Positions 28,399 to 41,826 are shown, numbered from the stretch's first letter. The stretch is 64,000 nucleotides of DNA from Octopus vulgaris (GCA_951406725.2 OX597820.1:73284001-73348000), one strand, 5' to 3'. Numbers and translations are program-made. The notes: generated by a model from the sequence alone, not told the origin.

Positions 28399-28628
28399 CA
28401 TTCTGTTCAAAAAGTCTCTCCGCAGTGAATTATTTCCATACTGCGCATCACCATGGCGCTACTCCAAAAGTTTTTCGGGTAATGGATTATTTCGAAGGGA
28501 ATTTGGCTACTAGAATCCCCTGATTTAACACCACCAGACTTTTTATAAACCGGGGAGCAATTAAAGGATCAGTGTACAAGCATCGCCCGAAAACCATTAA
28601 TTACTTACTGCGTAGAGACTTTTTGAAC

Positions 28629-28634
<6 letters not shown>
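28399..28634 (+). mobile_element. Internally deleted Tc1/mariner element with TIRs
   Basis: TIRs tgttcaaaaagtctctccgcagt / actgcgtagagactttttgaaca, TA flanks; internal WLLESPDLTPPDF (WPPRSPDL motif) and VYKHRPKTI. Confidence 0.8.
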
Positions 28635-28690
<56 letters not shown>

Positions 28691-28839
28691 TGTGTGTGTG
28701 TGTGTGTATACTCATTGGATATTAATAAAATATTGCCATTTATTGGTATTGGGTCATTTGATTCGAAGCAATTTCAATTTACTTATTAATTCATCAAAAA
28801 ACCTTTTCAGTTAAATTATCATCAATGGTCACAAATCTA

Positions 28840-29152
28840 ATGCAATGTTACAACGCTGTATCATGTCACTGCATTACACCGTATTACGTCACTCTATAAC
28901 ATTGCATTACGTCACTCCATCACGCAGTATTAAGGCACCGTATCATATCGTATTACTGCTCTGTATCAGGTCGTGTTACGTTAGTGTATCACATTATATT
29001 ACGTCACCGTATCAGACTATATTAGACCACTGTATCACATCTGTTGTCTTTATATAAGACTATGTGACAAATCGTATAATACATCAGTGTATTACGCTGT
29101 ATTACGTCATTCTTCCACGTTGTATTACATTACAGTATCACTACGTATTACA
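28840..29152. repeat. Degenerate pentamer array (ATTAC/ATCAC-like)
   Basis: 5-bp periodicity seen by eye. Confidence 0.6.
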
Positions 29153-29338
29153 TGTTTCGGGTTTTGCTTCTGGTTCCAATCTAGTTTTGTCAAGGATCCA
29201 TTAATCAAAAGATTCTTTTAATCTTTCGTTTTTGGATTTGGTTTGCAAGATTCCTTATATGGGTTCGTGTGTTGAAGAATATTATGTTTGTCTGGGGAGA
29301 GTCATTTTCTTTTTCCACTTATTTCTTATTTTTATTTT

Positions 29339-29375
29339 CTAAAATTTTCGTTGCGTCTTGCAACCTTTTCAATAG
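29339..29375 (-). ncRNA. Hammerhead-like motif with U3-A8 core, inside a repeat at about 29150-29405
   Basis: cta TTGAAAA G GTTGC aagac GCAAC GAAA ATTT tag. Confidence 0.55.
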
Positions 29376-29914
29376 TCTTGACTTCTTTTAATCTATTATA
29401 CACTTTTATATTCCATCGACTATTTTCTTCCCCCCGCTTCATACCTCCTGACAATTGGTATTCGTTTGTGGTTCGGCACAAGAAACCGAAAGAATAAGTA
29501 CCAGATTTGAAAAAGTCAATAAGCACTGGAATCGATTTGTTCGACTAAAACCTCCAAGACAAAGATCTTGTACTAAATTCTCCATTATGTAGATATCGAA
29601 GCAAAGGCGGCGTAATTCAACAGAAATAATAATTCGACAAAAAGGCTACTTTTTTCATCTTTTACTTGTTTCATATTAATGACCTGCCGGAACGCCGTAT
29701 TTTGTTATGCAGTAACAAAATATGTTAACCGCTTTTACAAGTCAACACTGCGTTCTACTGTGTTAGCAGTGCTCTTAAACCATTTGTTTAAGTTATTCCC
29801 ACATATCTTCTATAGCAATTTTGTTGCGACGTTTCGTACCCAAGTACATCTAATGTAAACAACGCTGAGAGGTTAGATGAAAACGGGTATTGGGTGGATA
29901 TCTCTTTCTCTTTT

Positions 29915-30310
29915 TCTCTCTTACTTGTTTCAGGCATTTGACTGTGGCCATACTGGAGCACCGCCTTTTAGTCGAGCAAATCGACTCCAGGACTTATTCT
30001 TTGGAAGCGTAGTACTTATTCTATCGGTCTCTTTTGCCGAACTGCTAGGTTACCGGGACGTAAACACATTAGCATCGGTTGTGAAGCGATGTTGGGGGGG
30101 ACAAACACAGGCACACAAATATATACACAGACATACATAAATATATACATATATACGACGGGCTTCTTTCAGTTTCCGTCTAACAAATCCACTCACAAGG
30201 CTTTGGTCGGCCCGAGGCTATAGTAGAAGACACATGCCCAAGGTGCCACGCAGTGGGAATGAACTCGGAACCATGTAGTTGGTAAGCAAGCTACTTACCA
30301 CACAGCCACA
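29915..30310 (-). mobile_element. SINE family B
   Basis: Colinear with other B copies. Confidence 0.9.
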
Positions 30311-30439
30311 AAAAAATCTGTAGAGATAACCTTACTTGTTTCAGTTACTCGACTGCAGCCATGGTGGGGCACCGCTTTGAAACGATTTAGTCAAACAATT
30401 CGACCCACGTGCTTATTTCTTTGAAGTCTGGTACCTCTA

Positions 30440-30476
<37 letters not shown>

Positions 30477-30586
30477 ATGTGTGTGTGCGTGTATGTTTTT
30501 CACCACCGCTTGACAATAGTTGTTTATTTAACTTTATTTACATTGTTTAGATTCGACGGATATTTGTCTTCATTTTGTTTGTTGTT

Positions 30587-30632
30587 AACACAACGTTTCG
30601 GCTGATATACCCTCCAGCCTTCATCAGGTGTC
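30587..30632 (-). ncRNA. Minimal type I hammerhead, intact core
   Basis: gacac CTGATGA A GGCTG gagggtatat CAGCC GAAA CGTT gtgtt. Confidence 0.8.
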
Positions 30633-30748
30633 TTAGGGAAAATTCGAACCTAGGTTCTCATTCCTAAGGTATGAGGGTTCATTCCTTAAGGTTCTCATTC
30701 CAAAGGTATTACCTTAGGAATGAGAACCCAGGTTCGAAATTTCCCTAA

Positions 30749-30794
30749 GACACCTGAAGAAGGCTGGAGGGTATATCAGCCGAAACGTTGTGTT
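30749..30794 (+). ncRNA. Minimal type I hammerhead, intact core
   Basis: gacac CTGAAGA A GGCTG gagggtatat CAGCC GAAA CGTT gtgtt. Confidence 0.8.
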
Positions 30795-31048
30795 AACAAC
30801 AAACAAAAGGAGGACAAATATCCGTCGAATGTAAATAATGTAAATAATGTACATAATTCCTCATCTCTTAAATATAGAACTGTTTACTTAACTGTTAGAA
30901 AGAAACCGATAGAATAAGTGTCTGACTTTAAGGAGAAAGTCCTGGGATCGATTTGTTCCACTAAACCCTGCAAGGTGTCCCAGTATGGTCGCAATCCAAT
31001 GACTGAAACAAGTAAAGGATAAAAACTTGAAAAATGATTTACAGAATA

Positions 31049-31444
31049 TCTTTATATATAAAAATCAAGTTGTGTGTCTGTCTCCTACGATTTAGATTCC
31101 TAACTACTCCCACATTTTGCGGTGCAGTTTAACCAAAACCGGGTATCTTATAGTCGTGATTCATATCGAGCCCTTCTGAGTATTAGCGCGCGTCTACGAT
31201 GAGTCTACGATTTAAAAAAAAATTACCATAATTTTTTTCCATTTTAATGCATTTTTTCGCTATTATATAAGGGAAGTAACTCTCTAAAAATGTCTACGAT
31301 GAGTTAACGACTTTTAAAAAAATTTACCATCATTTGTTTTCATTTTTAATGCATTTTTTTGCTATTTTTTGGCTATAACTCTCTAAAAATGCTTATATAG
31401 TTATTTCCCTTACAAACCCGAGCAACGCCGGGCGATACTGCTAG
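31049..31444 (+). mobile_element. Non-autonomous Helitron
   Basis: A|TC 5' end, subterminal hairpin cccgagcaacgccggg, CTAG|T 3' end, no TSD. Confidence 0.88.
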
Positions 31445-32024
31445 TAATATATAAGAGAATTCATCTAAATATTTGTCATTTCTAAAGAGAAAGTTTAAGA
31501 TTCAGATAAACTTTCCGCTGATAATTCCAGTAAGTTGATGAAGAAAAACCAGCTTGAGGTTTGAATAATATGACAGAATTGTGCAAGACGAACATTTTGG
31601 ATTTCTTATTAACGATAGAAATCTTCATTCTGCGAACGCTCCTGTAGGCTAGGTGAGAATTTATAAATTCGAAGTGACATTAATCAAGGTGACTAATTAA
31701 TAGGCTGAAAGATACTTTTCTGAAAATGACACGTACCTGATATTTTTGATTGCTTTGGTGTTGTATTTAACTTCTCGTGACGTAGACATCTGGCGGGCTT
31801 GCCAAGTTTCCTAATGATACTACGGCAGCCAATCAACTTATTGATAATGTTAATGAAATACTGATAAATGCTGATAAAAACTGTAAGAAGAGTGGAAGAT
31901 TTTTAAAAATAGAGAAACTACAGTCGATGTCCAATGACTGGGCCTTATTTTCTCAAACTCCTCTACCTTATTAAATATTTTCATGAAGGGAATAATCATT
32001 TTTTTTTTCTTTTATCCTTTTGTT

Positions 32025-32243
32025 CTTTTATTTCTTTCAATCATTTGACTGCGGCCATGCTGGAGCACCCTCTTTAGTCGAACAAATCGACCCCGGGACT
32101 TATCCTTTGTAAGCCTAGTACTTATTCTATCGGTGTCTTTTGCCGAACCGCTAAGTTACGGGGACGTAAAGACACCAGCATCGGTTGTCAAACGATGGTG
32201 GGAGGGACAAACACAGACACGCAAACACAAACACACACACACA

Positions 32244-32289
<46 letters not shown>

Positions 32290-32309
32290 ACACACATACA
32301 CACACACAT

Positions 32310-32350
<41 letters not shown>

Positions 32351-32665
32351 CGATGGGCTTCCGTGGTTAAGAGGCTCGTTTTCTAACTCAGTACTTTCGG
32401 GTTCAGACCCACTGTGCGTACCTGGAGCAAGTATCCTCTGCTATTTACCGGACCGACCAATACATTGAGAGTGCATCTAGCATGCGGAAACTCTGTTGAA
32501 ACCTGTCGTATGTATATTGGTGTTGGTTTGTTTACGCCATCTAACTTAGTGGTTCGGCAAAAAGAAACTGAGGGAATATGTACCAGACTTAGAAATCAGT
32601 ACCGGAGTCGATTAGTTCAATCAAACCAATGCGTTGCATGGTCACAATTCAGTGACTGAAACAAT
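32025..32665. mobile_element. Two SINE B copies: minus (32025-32360) and degenerate plus (32362-32665)
   Basis: Family B motifs in both orientations. Confidence 0.75.
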
Positions 32666-33196
32666 TAAAAATACAACAGATGTTCCTTAGCTAGAACGAT
32701 TCTTTCGGAAAAGTGAAAACATTGGCAGCAGAAGCTTATCACAATAATGGCGTCAGTATTAATTAAAAAAAAGTCCATTGCCGAGGGCAGCGAATTGGTG
32801 GACTCGTTAAAGCGTCGGTTTGAGTACTTGAATGTGTTGTAAGCGTTTATTCTGGGCTTCTGCGTTACGAGTTCAAATGTCACCGAAATCAAATTTACTT
32901 TTCGCAGTTCGATAAATAATGCATTTTTATTTCAAAATTTATGAACTTTTTTTGTTATATTTCCTCAATCAACGTAATTAAATTTTTCCTTAGTCCCTAC
33001 TCATTCAGGGTGTAAACTGTTTCGTGTGTGGTGCTTTTGTGATTTAATGTTTTCTTTTTTTTTTTTACTAATCCATCCGAAAGAGGTTACTTTGCTATAA
33101 TGGCGGTCTTGGCTCTCTGGATTGCTAAATTGCTGAACGAGATGTCAATTGCGATATCTATTTCGGCTTTTTGTAATCGGAGGACGACGTCCTTGA

Positions 33197-33610
33197 AGGT
33201 GATGAGCTGGCAGAAACGTTAGCACGCCGAACAAAAGGCTTAGCAGTGTTTCGTCTGCCGCTACGTTCTGAGTTCAAATTCCGCCGAGCTCGACTTTGCC
33301 TTTCATCCTTTCGGGGTTGATTAAATAAGTACCAGTTACGCACTGGGGTCGATCTAATCGACTTAATCCGTTTGTCTGTCTTTGTTTGTTCCCTCAGAAT
33401 GCAGCCCCTTGTGGGTAGTAAAGAAATAAGAATCGTTAGCACGCCAAACAAAATGTTCACATTCTGAATTCAAATTGCGCCGAGGCCAAAGCTGCATTTC
33501 ATTCTTTCGGGATCGATAAAAGAAGTACCAGTTCTGCACTGGGGTCGATATAATCGACTCATTTCCTCCCCCGAACTTGCTGGCCAGGTACCAAAATTTT
33601 GGAATCAATA
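33197..33610 (+). mobile_element. SINE family A with tandem partial second unit
   Basis: Head and two cores. Confidence 0.88.
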
Positions 33611-33796
33611 TTTCTCATCCCTGTCATTTTTATTATTATTTTTTTTTTTTTGTCAAACATCGCTGACAAGGAGACGAGATGATTGCATGCATGAGTAACA
33701 GTAAACCTTCCTCAGAAATTCTTTGCTAAGTTCTACATATCGGAGAGGATTTTCCTGGGTATCTATCTTGCAGAATTTATTCCAGCCCGTGTTCTA

Positions 33797-34369
33797 TTAG
33801 GTTGTCCGGAAAGTTCGTGCCGATTTTTAAAGGAAAGGAAAAGGTCAGTAAATACTTACCATTACCCAAGCTTTACCAGGTGTTCATGAACGACGGATTT
33901 TTATAGGTTGAGGCTTTCTGCCAATTCTCGCTTGTGCATTGTGGGTTATTCTCAATTAATGATTTGATTCTGTCATCATCTTTAGTGGATGATTTGCCTG
34001 ATCACTGTTTATCAATAAGGCTACAATCTCCAGCTCGGAACCTTGCGAACCACTTCCGTACATTTCTTTCGGATAAAGAAACATCACCGTAAACTGCGTA
34101 TATTTCTTTGGTTGCTTGTGAAGCATTTTTCCCTTTACGGAAAAAGAAAAGCATCAAGTGCCGAAAATGAACTTTCTTATCTTCCATTTTAAAGGGTTAC
34201 AGAATTAACACAGATTATAGGAACATAAACCTTCTTCCACGAAAAGATAGCTCAAACTGTGCTCTAAATGGAGGTGTGGTCAAATCCTATTTTATGGACT
34301 CGAACATGTTCTAAAATAAGTCGAAGGATAAGCTACTATAAATAGGCACGAACTTTCCGGACAACCCAA
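33797..34369 (-). mobile_element. Internally deleted mariner transposon
   Basis: TIRs ttaggttgtccggaaagttcgtgcc / ggcacgaactttccggacaacccaa, TA TSD; ORF 34002-34187 is a mariner N-terminal HTH ending in a stop. Confidence 0.93.
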
Positions 34370-34484
34370 TATATTCAAAACCCAGCCTAGTGAAGTGACT
34401 TCTTTCGGATGGATCAACAAAGAAATATTAACCGTTGAGGATTCCGATTGATCTGTTGAACGTAATTCTTTTATTCTTTTATTC

Positions 34485-34682
34485 CTTTATTTGTTTCAGT
34501 CGTTTGACTGCTGCCATGCTGGAGCACCGCATTTAGTCGAACAAATCGCTTCCAGGACTTATTTTTTGTAAGCCTAGTGCTTATTCTTATCGGTGTTTTT
34601 TGCCAAACCGCTAAGTTACGGGGACGTAAAGACACCAACATCGGTTGTCAAGCGATGTTGGGGGACAAACACAGACACACAA

Positions 34683-34690
<8 letters not shown>
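34485..34690 (-). mobile_element. SINE family B, 3' half
   Basis: Tail motifs. Confidence 0.85.
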
Positions 34691-34730
<40 letters not shown>

Positions 34731-34873
34731 AAGCATTCATATACCTCCTTTTACATGCACACACATATACTCACACAGAGTTGAAACGCTGATTTTCATT
34801 TGTTCACCCCTTCCTTCGTTATTCATCTATCACCTCTTCACCTCGAGCCTTCGCAAATAAAGAAGATATAGAG

Positions 34874-35046
34874 CAGTGCTCTGCAACCTTCTTTTTTCCA
34901 CCTGCGATACACTTATATTCTTTTCAAAAATCGGCGGCACACCTGGACTAAAAACATAACTAAAAGTACAGGGGAAAATATACAGCACACCTAGCATCAT
35001 CTCGTGGCACGCCAGTGCGCCACGGCTTTGCGGTTACGGAGCACCG
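34874..35046. mobile_element. hAT (Charlie-like) MITE
   Basis: TIR cagtgctctgcaacc / ggttacggagcaccg; 8-bp TSD atatagag/atgtagag; second copy at 57833. Confidence 0.82.
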
Positions 35047-35092
35047 ATGTAGAGGCATATGTAACCTTAGAAATATACAGACGTACACACAT

Positions 35093-35143
<51 letters not shown>

Positions 35144-35258
35144 CGAGCACGCGCACACACCGCACACACCTACGCACATACGTATGACACGGGCAATCTC
35201 GAAAATGCCAGATATACTTTTGACAAAAACACTTCATTTACTGGCGAACATAAAAGTA

Positions 35259-35627
35259 ATAACAAGAGCACTCAGAGAGCGCAAACCTCCGCCAAACAAC
35301 ACCAACGTTCTCTCAATGATTAGCCAGAGAGGATTTTTAAGATGGGAATATCTGAAATAAACTCGACTGTTCTCGCAAACCAGAATACTAAAAATTAACC
35401 CGACCGCTCTCAACAATTAAGTTAAAAAAGCGGAAAAATAATCCAGATTCTTTGTCCGGTATAGGATCGATCCCAAAATCATATCAGTTTGTGCCAATAA
35501 CGAGGCCAAACATCCCTGAAAGTTTCATCTGAATCCATCCAGCGGTTCTTGAGATATCTTCTCCACGGACAAACAAACGAACACCACTGAAAAACAATAC
35601 TCCGCCTTAACGAAGGCGGAAGCAATT
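35259..35627 (+). mobile_element. Helentron/HINE-type non-autonomous element
   Basis: acaagagcactcagagagcgcaaacctccgcc 5' end; tccgccttaacgaaggcgga 3' hairpin. Confidence 0.7.
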
Positions 35628-36242
35628 AAAAGACCAACGACAGAAGAACTTAAAAGCGGAAGATATTGAAGACAACGGGAGGTTAAAACAAACAGTCGGG
35701 AGCGGGAAAGACGAGCAGAAGTGGATAAATATATATGGAGAGAAAGAAAAGAAATGATGATAGAAAACAAAGGCCATCGAGCAATCTATAAGTAGATTTA
35801 GTGGCCGTTAAAAATGGATATTTCCTTCAACAGCTTAATGGTTTCTGAGTGATATCAATAAAGAGACTTTATTTAGCCTTCTTTTAGGTTTTCTGGCTTC
35901 TGTCTATAACTCCATTCATTCAACGTATCTGTGTATTCAATGCGATTTTTAGCTTCGATTGAAGTGATTTTGATACCCGTTCTCGGACGTAAAGCTCTAG
36001 GCAAGAAAGAGGCTTTATTATATGTCTAGTACATCTAGTGAATAATAATAATATACACACACAAACAGGTTTGTATATACATACATACATACATACATAC
36101 ATACATACATGTGTCATAAGAATTGGGAAACTTTGGGAGATGTGAAATAATTCATTTTTAATTGTGGAAGTGTGTAGATATTGGGTTAATAACCTTTTGG
36201 ACGGGAAAAGTAGAAGGCTGCAAACACGCGCGCACACACACG

Positions 36243-36289
<47 letters not shown>

Positions 36290-36384
36290 TAGAATGTTTT
36301 TGCAAAGAATCCTTGTTATTGTTACAATATTTATATAAATATAATTTAATTAAAAATTATTAATTATATTAGAGAATTCTAACC

Positions 36385-36489
<105 letters not shown>

Positions 36490-36591
36490 AAGAAGAATCA
36501 TAGTAATAATTTTGATGATTTGTTATTACCTGCTTTCAAGTAAAGAATAACCAATAATTAAGAACTATAGACAAACTAATAATAATAATAG

Positions 36592-36666
<75 letters not shown>

Positions 36667-37425
36667 TAAAAGAGACCAAGAGCACTATACTGGAAACACA
36701 AGACCAGCTTTGGCCACGAACTGGACGGTCAACCTTACGAATGAGCAAGTGTCTCAGCTGTGCCGCATCTGCCATAGAGTGGACGAAACCATTGCCCATA
36801 TCATGAATGAATGCCCTAGACGTGCCCAAAACCACTACAAGTTCTAGCGACACGATCAGGTAGCGAAAGTGCTACAGTGGAAACTGTGCAAAAACTGGGG
36901 GCTAGAGAGAGGCAAGACGTGGTATGAGCACAAACCGAAGAGAGTAGCGGAGTCAGAAACTAGCAAAATCCTCTGGGATTTCCCAATCCAAACATATCAG
37001 GTGCTAGAGCATAACAGACCGAACCTAATGATGGTGGACAAGGTGCACCACATATGCTATATAGTTGATGCCGCATACCCCTTTGACCCACGAATAGTCA
37101 AGAAGAAAAGCAAAAAGATAGATAGATACATCCCTCTTAAGTACAAAATAGCTCGGCTATAGAAAATGGAGAAGGTGAAGATAGTGCCAATTACTATTGG
37201 GTCCTTGGGAACAATATCAGAAGGCATCAAGGGGAATATAAAGGAAATTGGAATAGAATGCCCAGTAGAATTGTTACAAATGGCTTGCCTCCTTGGCACA
37301 GTCAGAATAATCAGGAAAGTATTAGCTGAAAAGAATGGATAGTATGATACCGTAGGCTGAAGGTAGCAAGCCCGCTACGCATGCAAGACTCCAGAAGCTC
37401 CAAAAGAACCTGTGATAAAGAGAAA
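36667..37425 (+). pseudogene. 3' fragment of R4/Dong-like non-LTR retrotransposon (CCHC knuckle + restriction-like endonuclease)
   Basis: LCRICHRVDETIAHIMNEC, RHDQVAK, WYEHKP, ILWDFPIQT, HNRP, VPITIGSLG with in-frame stops; followed by (AAC)n(AAT)n. Confidence 0.92.
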
Positions 37426-37471
37426 TAACAACAACAACAACAACAACAACAATAATAATAATAATAATAAT

Positions 37472-37961
37472 CATGTACATTGTTTTGTCTTGGTATAAAA
37501 GATGGGCTACAGTAAATATTCTGCTCAATACCACAGATTTGCTTGTCAGTTGTTTGACCTTAACCAGTTGAGCATGTCCCTTAGTGGCTGATGATATGTG
37601 CATCTCTGATCACGAGCAGAAGTAGTGGGGGAGCATCATAGCCATGTGTTGAGAAGGGTTCTTTGGGGTTTGAATAATTCACCTCTGGAAACATGGGTGT
37701 TTCATTCAACATCCTTAAACAACCCTTATTCAGGGACCTTTTGAGCGGAATGGGTTACTTGACCAGAAGAAAATTCTAACTGGGCCCCACCTGCAAGGTC
37801 ATGTGCTGTTTATCTTGATATGAGATCGTCATGTCGCGCACATATGGTTGTGATGCATGTGCCTAGTGTACCCTTATCAGACGGGTAGTCATGATGGGTA
37901 TACTGGGCTTCGTATATTTTACCCCAGTGTCACTTTGATGGCATGCACTGCTCTCTCACTC
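37472..37961. mobile_element. Non-coding ~490-bp element embedded in (AAT)n
   Basis: Complex sequence with (AAT)n on both sides; no ORF. Confidence 0.55.
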
Positions 37962-37971
37962 AATAATAATA

Positions 37972-38187
37972 ATGGTTTCAAATTTTGCCACAACAACAGC
38001 AATTTTGGATGAGGAGATGAATCGATTACATTGACCCTAGTGCGTAACTGGTACTTATTTCATCGACCCCCAAAAGATGAAAGACGAAGTCGAACTCGGT
38101 AGTATTTGAGCTGAGAACGTAAGGACGGACGAAATGCCATCAAGCATATTGCCCGGCGTGCTAACGACTCTACCAGGTCGACGCCTT
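37972..38187 (-). mobile_element. SINE family A
   Basis: Core and head on the minus strand. Confidence 0.8.
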
Positions 38188-38279
38188 AATAATGATAATA
38201 ATGATGATAATTACAATAACAACTACAACAACAATGATAATAATAATAATGGTGATGATGATGATGATAATAATAATAC

Positions 38280-38540
38280 GAACAGTGAAAGTCGTGCTAA
38301 TAATAATTGGTGCGTTTGGAACACTAAGGCAAGATATAGACAAATGGCTGAAGGAAATTGAAATACAACGCCCGGTGGAGCTCCTACTGAAAGTTAGTCT
38401 CTTAGGATTATCCAGGAGGATTATAAGCACCTGAAAGACTGCTGAAAACTTGTGGATACCTAAGGTTACAGGTAGTAATCCGTTATCCACATAAATCCTA
38501 CCAGCAATAAGACCGAAACTGACCCAAACCAAAATAATAG
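38280..38540 (+). pseudogene. Short 3' fragment of a second R4/Dong-like element
   Basis: VKVVLIIIGAFGT..PVELLLKVSLLG parallels the C-terminus at 37170-37325. Confidence 0.8.
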
Positions 38541-39229
38541 TAACAGAATGAAACGAATCTTTTGGAAGGACTTTTCCGCGTTGTGTTAAGCGCTTTCGCT
38601 GTTTACAGCTTTTCAAGCACGTATATGTGTATGATACACCCACAAACATATGAAGAAACATATGTACTTATAAATAACATGTATATTACATACAAATATG
38701 TAATATGCATATTACATACTCATATGTAATAATTCTATGTGTAGTAAATTTAGTTGAAACAGAAGAATCATACCGTTGTTTCTCCTAGTTTCTCTCTAGT
38801 ATTTCATTTATTTGTGTCGTTGTTGTTGTTATTTAGTGGAAATTTTCCTTCTAAAAAAAGAAAACAAAAGTATTTTTAATGATGTGAGATCGAAGCAACA
38901 GTTTGTTTTGATGTTCCATAGTTGGCGGGTAACATTGATAATTGTCGAAGAAATAAAATAGACTTTCGTGAATAAAACTGATATTTGTCATTTTTTTTTA
39001 CAAATATTTATTTTATCATTATTATTATTTTTTATTAGTTTATCCTATCTATTTTCACGTACGTTCAGCTGAATATCACACAAAACAACAATTCATATTT
39101 ATCATTGATTTTTAAAAACTAAATCCATTCAAAAGAATAGAATGAACGATGAGAAGTTATTTTGTGCATTGAATATCGTGTGTTCAGGAGTTGCATATTG
39201 AAAGAAATTTAGAGATACTTAGATAGGTT

Positions 39230-39590
39230 TCAGTTAGAACTGGCCCAAGCCATTCCTAACTCAATGGTACCACTGGGAGAAGATATTTAATGGTGTTTCA
39301 TATTACAGTCGTAAATTGGAGGCTATAGCCCATTCCAATGATGAGTTATTAATTGCAGAGATGTATCCAGGTGTAGGTGATTTATCTGGAATTTACTGGT
39401 GGAACTTGTCCAGAAACCGTTTAAATGTTATAGGATCTTTTTCTTCACTTATGGGTTTTCAAGAGAACTTGACCAGTTTAGAGGAAATAGCTGTGTCTTA
39501 GTGTTGTGACGCGAGTTCGATTGCTGAAGAGGAAGGATGGCATGGGGACCAAGCGTTGGGACAAAAGTATTAAAGAAAACCTAATGAAAA
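39230..39590 (-). pseudogene. 3' fragment of CR1-like LINE, related to 15870-16355
   Basis: LGPHAILP and EEKDPITFKRFLDKFHQ*IPDKSPTPGYIS. Confidence 0.75.
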
Positions 39591-39799
39591 AAATAAAAAC
39601 AAGTAGATTGTTCATTATGAGATGAGTTTCATATTGAGCAATCTGATGAGGGAATCTGTGTGGTTGAGATGCTTCTACCATAAAACTAGACCGATCAGTG
39701 CCTTTTGAGTAGATTTGGCAGACGCAAATCGAAAGAAACCCATCATGTGTGAGTGTGTGTGTGCGCGCACAAAAATAGATAAATAATAGATATATACAT

Positions 39800-39955
39800 A
39801 TAGGAGTGGGTGTGTGGTAAGTAGTTTGCTTACCAATCACGTGGTTCTGGGTTCAGTCACACTGTGTGGTACCTTGGGCAAGTGTCTTTTACTATAGTCT
39901 TAGGCCGACCAAAGACTTGTGAGTGGATTTAGAAGACGTAAACTGAAAGAAGCAG
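39800..39955 (+). mobile_element. SINE family B, 5' half
   Basis: Head and ccttgggcaagtgtc core. Confidence 0.85.
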
Positions 39956-40227
39956 TGTCGGCGGAGGCGGTGGCGGAGTGGAGGGGAAGGGGAAGAGGAG
40001 GAACGGGAAGGAAGGGAGGAGGAGGAGGAGGAGGAGATATACTAAGTGAAGAATAAACCAGAAGAACGAGCTGGGAAAAAAGACGAAGAATGAATGAAGG
40101 GGAAATTAAAAAATTAAAGAAGAAAAAGAGTGAAGCAATAAGGTGAAAGAACAAGAAAACCACTGCTGCTGCTGCAGCCACTACTACTACTATTACTACT
40201 GTAGTACCAGCAACATCAGTAGAATTG

Positions 40228-40309
<82 letters not shown>

Positions 40310-40388
40310 TAGTAGTAGTAGCAGCAGCAGCAGTAGTAGTAGTAATAGTAGTAGTAGTAATAGTAGTAGTAGTAGTAGTAGTAGTAGT

Positions 40389-40423
<35 letters not shown>

Positions 40424-40433
40424 TAGTAGTAGT

Positions 40434-40471
<38 letters not shown>

Positions 40472-40472
40472 T

Positions 40473-40504
<32 letters not shown>

Positions 40505-40511
40505 TAGTAGT

Positions 40512-40610
<99 letters not shown>

Positions 40611-40625
40611 GGTGGTGGTGGTGGT
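40228..40625. repeat. Compound (TAG)n/(CAG)n/(TGG)n array, about 400 bp
   Basis: Seen directly. Confidence 0.97.
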
Positions 40626-41608
40626 TGAATATAAAGAAAGTAAACATCGTACGAGGTGTTGCAAAGCATACAGTGATTTCAAAAATTAAGATCATAGATA
40701 TATATAAAAGAAAAGACGTTTTGATCCTATTTATCTTATTTCTAAGAGCCCCTTTGCGTATGATACTAAATGCCGGATAAAGGGAAAAGGGGTACAATAT
40801 ACGGCCTTTAGTATATTAAGATCACGATGACCGAGTAGCGAGGAGCTGGTTGTTGTGTAACGCTCAATAAGCTTGGTGGAAAAGACCAGAAAGAGAACAA
40901 AAAAAAAGAGAAGAAAACACGAGGAAAAAGCAATTATATAAACAGTGAAAAATAAACCGATTAGAATAGCTTGTGAGTAAAGGCTTGCGAGTGAAGTTGA
41001 CCAGAAAGGAATATGAACTGCAATGCAGCTATAGAATTATATGCTGGTTTCGCTGATATTCTATTCAGCAGATATCTGTAGAAGAAGAATCGATAATCAT
41101 CGTAGCATCAATAAAAACATTAAATATTCAAGGAGATAATATTTCTTTTTACTTTTGTCATTCTTTAACGATGAGAAATAGTTTAGAAACATCAAAATAT
41201 TTATGAACTTTTCCTCTGTATTCAGCTCAACAAAGCAAGTCGTTGAATAGTATCGGAGCTAACAAAATATACAGCTGCGCTGAGGATTATTCAGATAAGC
41301 ATGCAAGAAAGCTTACATGTTTAACTATTTGCACATGCTGTATATGCACAGGAAAGTGAGCGGCTGTTATGCGATCCGATTTCCATTCCTACCTAGAGAC
41401 CGTTTAAGTTCACGCATATCAATAATACCTGGCGATGGATCAGCTGGCCGAAACTTCACAGTCACTCTCAGCAATGAGAATAATAAATTCGAATTCTACA
41501 AAAGTATGGAATAACCAATCAGATTAATGTAAAAGTGCTTTTATTATTTGAACATCAAAACAAATGTTAATACCCTTGATTACGATAAAACGTGAATATC
41601 TCTAATTT

Positions 41609-41793
41609 GGTTATGAGACGTTTTGTCGCAGCCTTTTTGGTAGCACTTATTTAGTATCGCTGATTCGACGCTGATTTGACATTAGACGTGTTAATGCTTC
41701 TATCGTTTGTTTCTCACGTCCTCTTATTCCCTATCTCCCTCTATCTATTTATCTATCTATCTAACTATCTATCTATTTATCTATCTATCTATC

Positions 41794-41826
<33 letters not shown>

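Larger units (their letters stand above)
30534..30880. mobile_element. Family E inverted dimer without tRNA heads, inserted in a SINE B; 13-bp TSD with one mismatch
   Basis: TGTTTATTTAACT at 30521-30533 and TGTTTACTTAACT at 30881-30893; arms are reverse complements. Confidence 0.88.

Noticed and set aside
29823-29863. GTAC/GTAC-GAAACGTC hammerhead half with stem I
   Set aside because: Core segment is 11 nt and does not match CUGANGA.
39900-40797. Poly-S/T/L/V/Y ORFs
   Set aside because: Trinucleotide array open in multiple frames on both strands.
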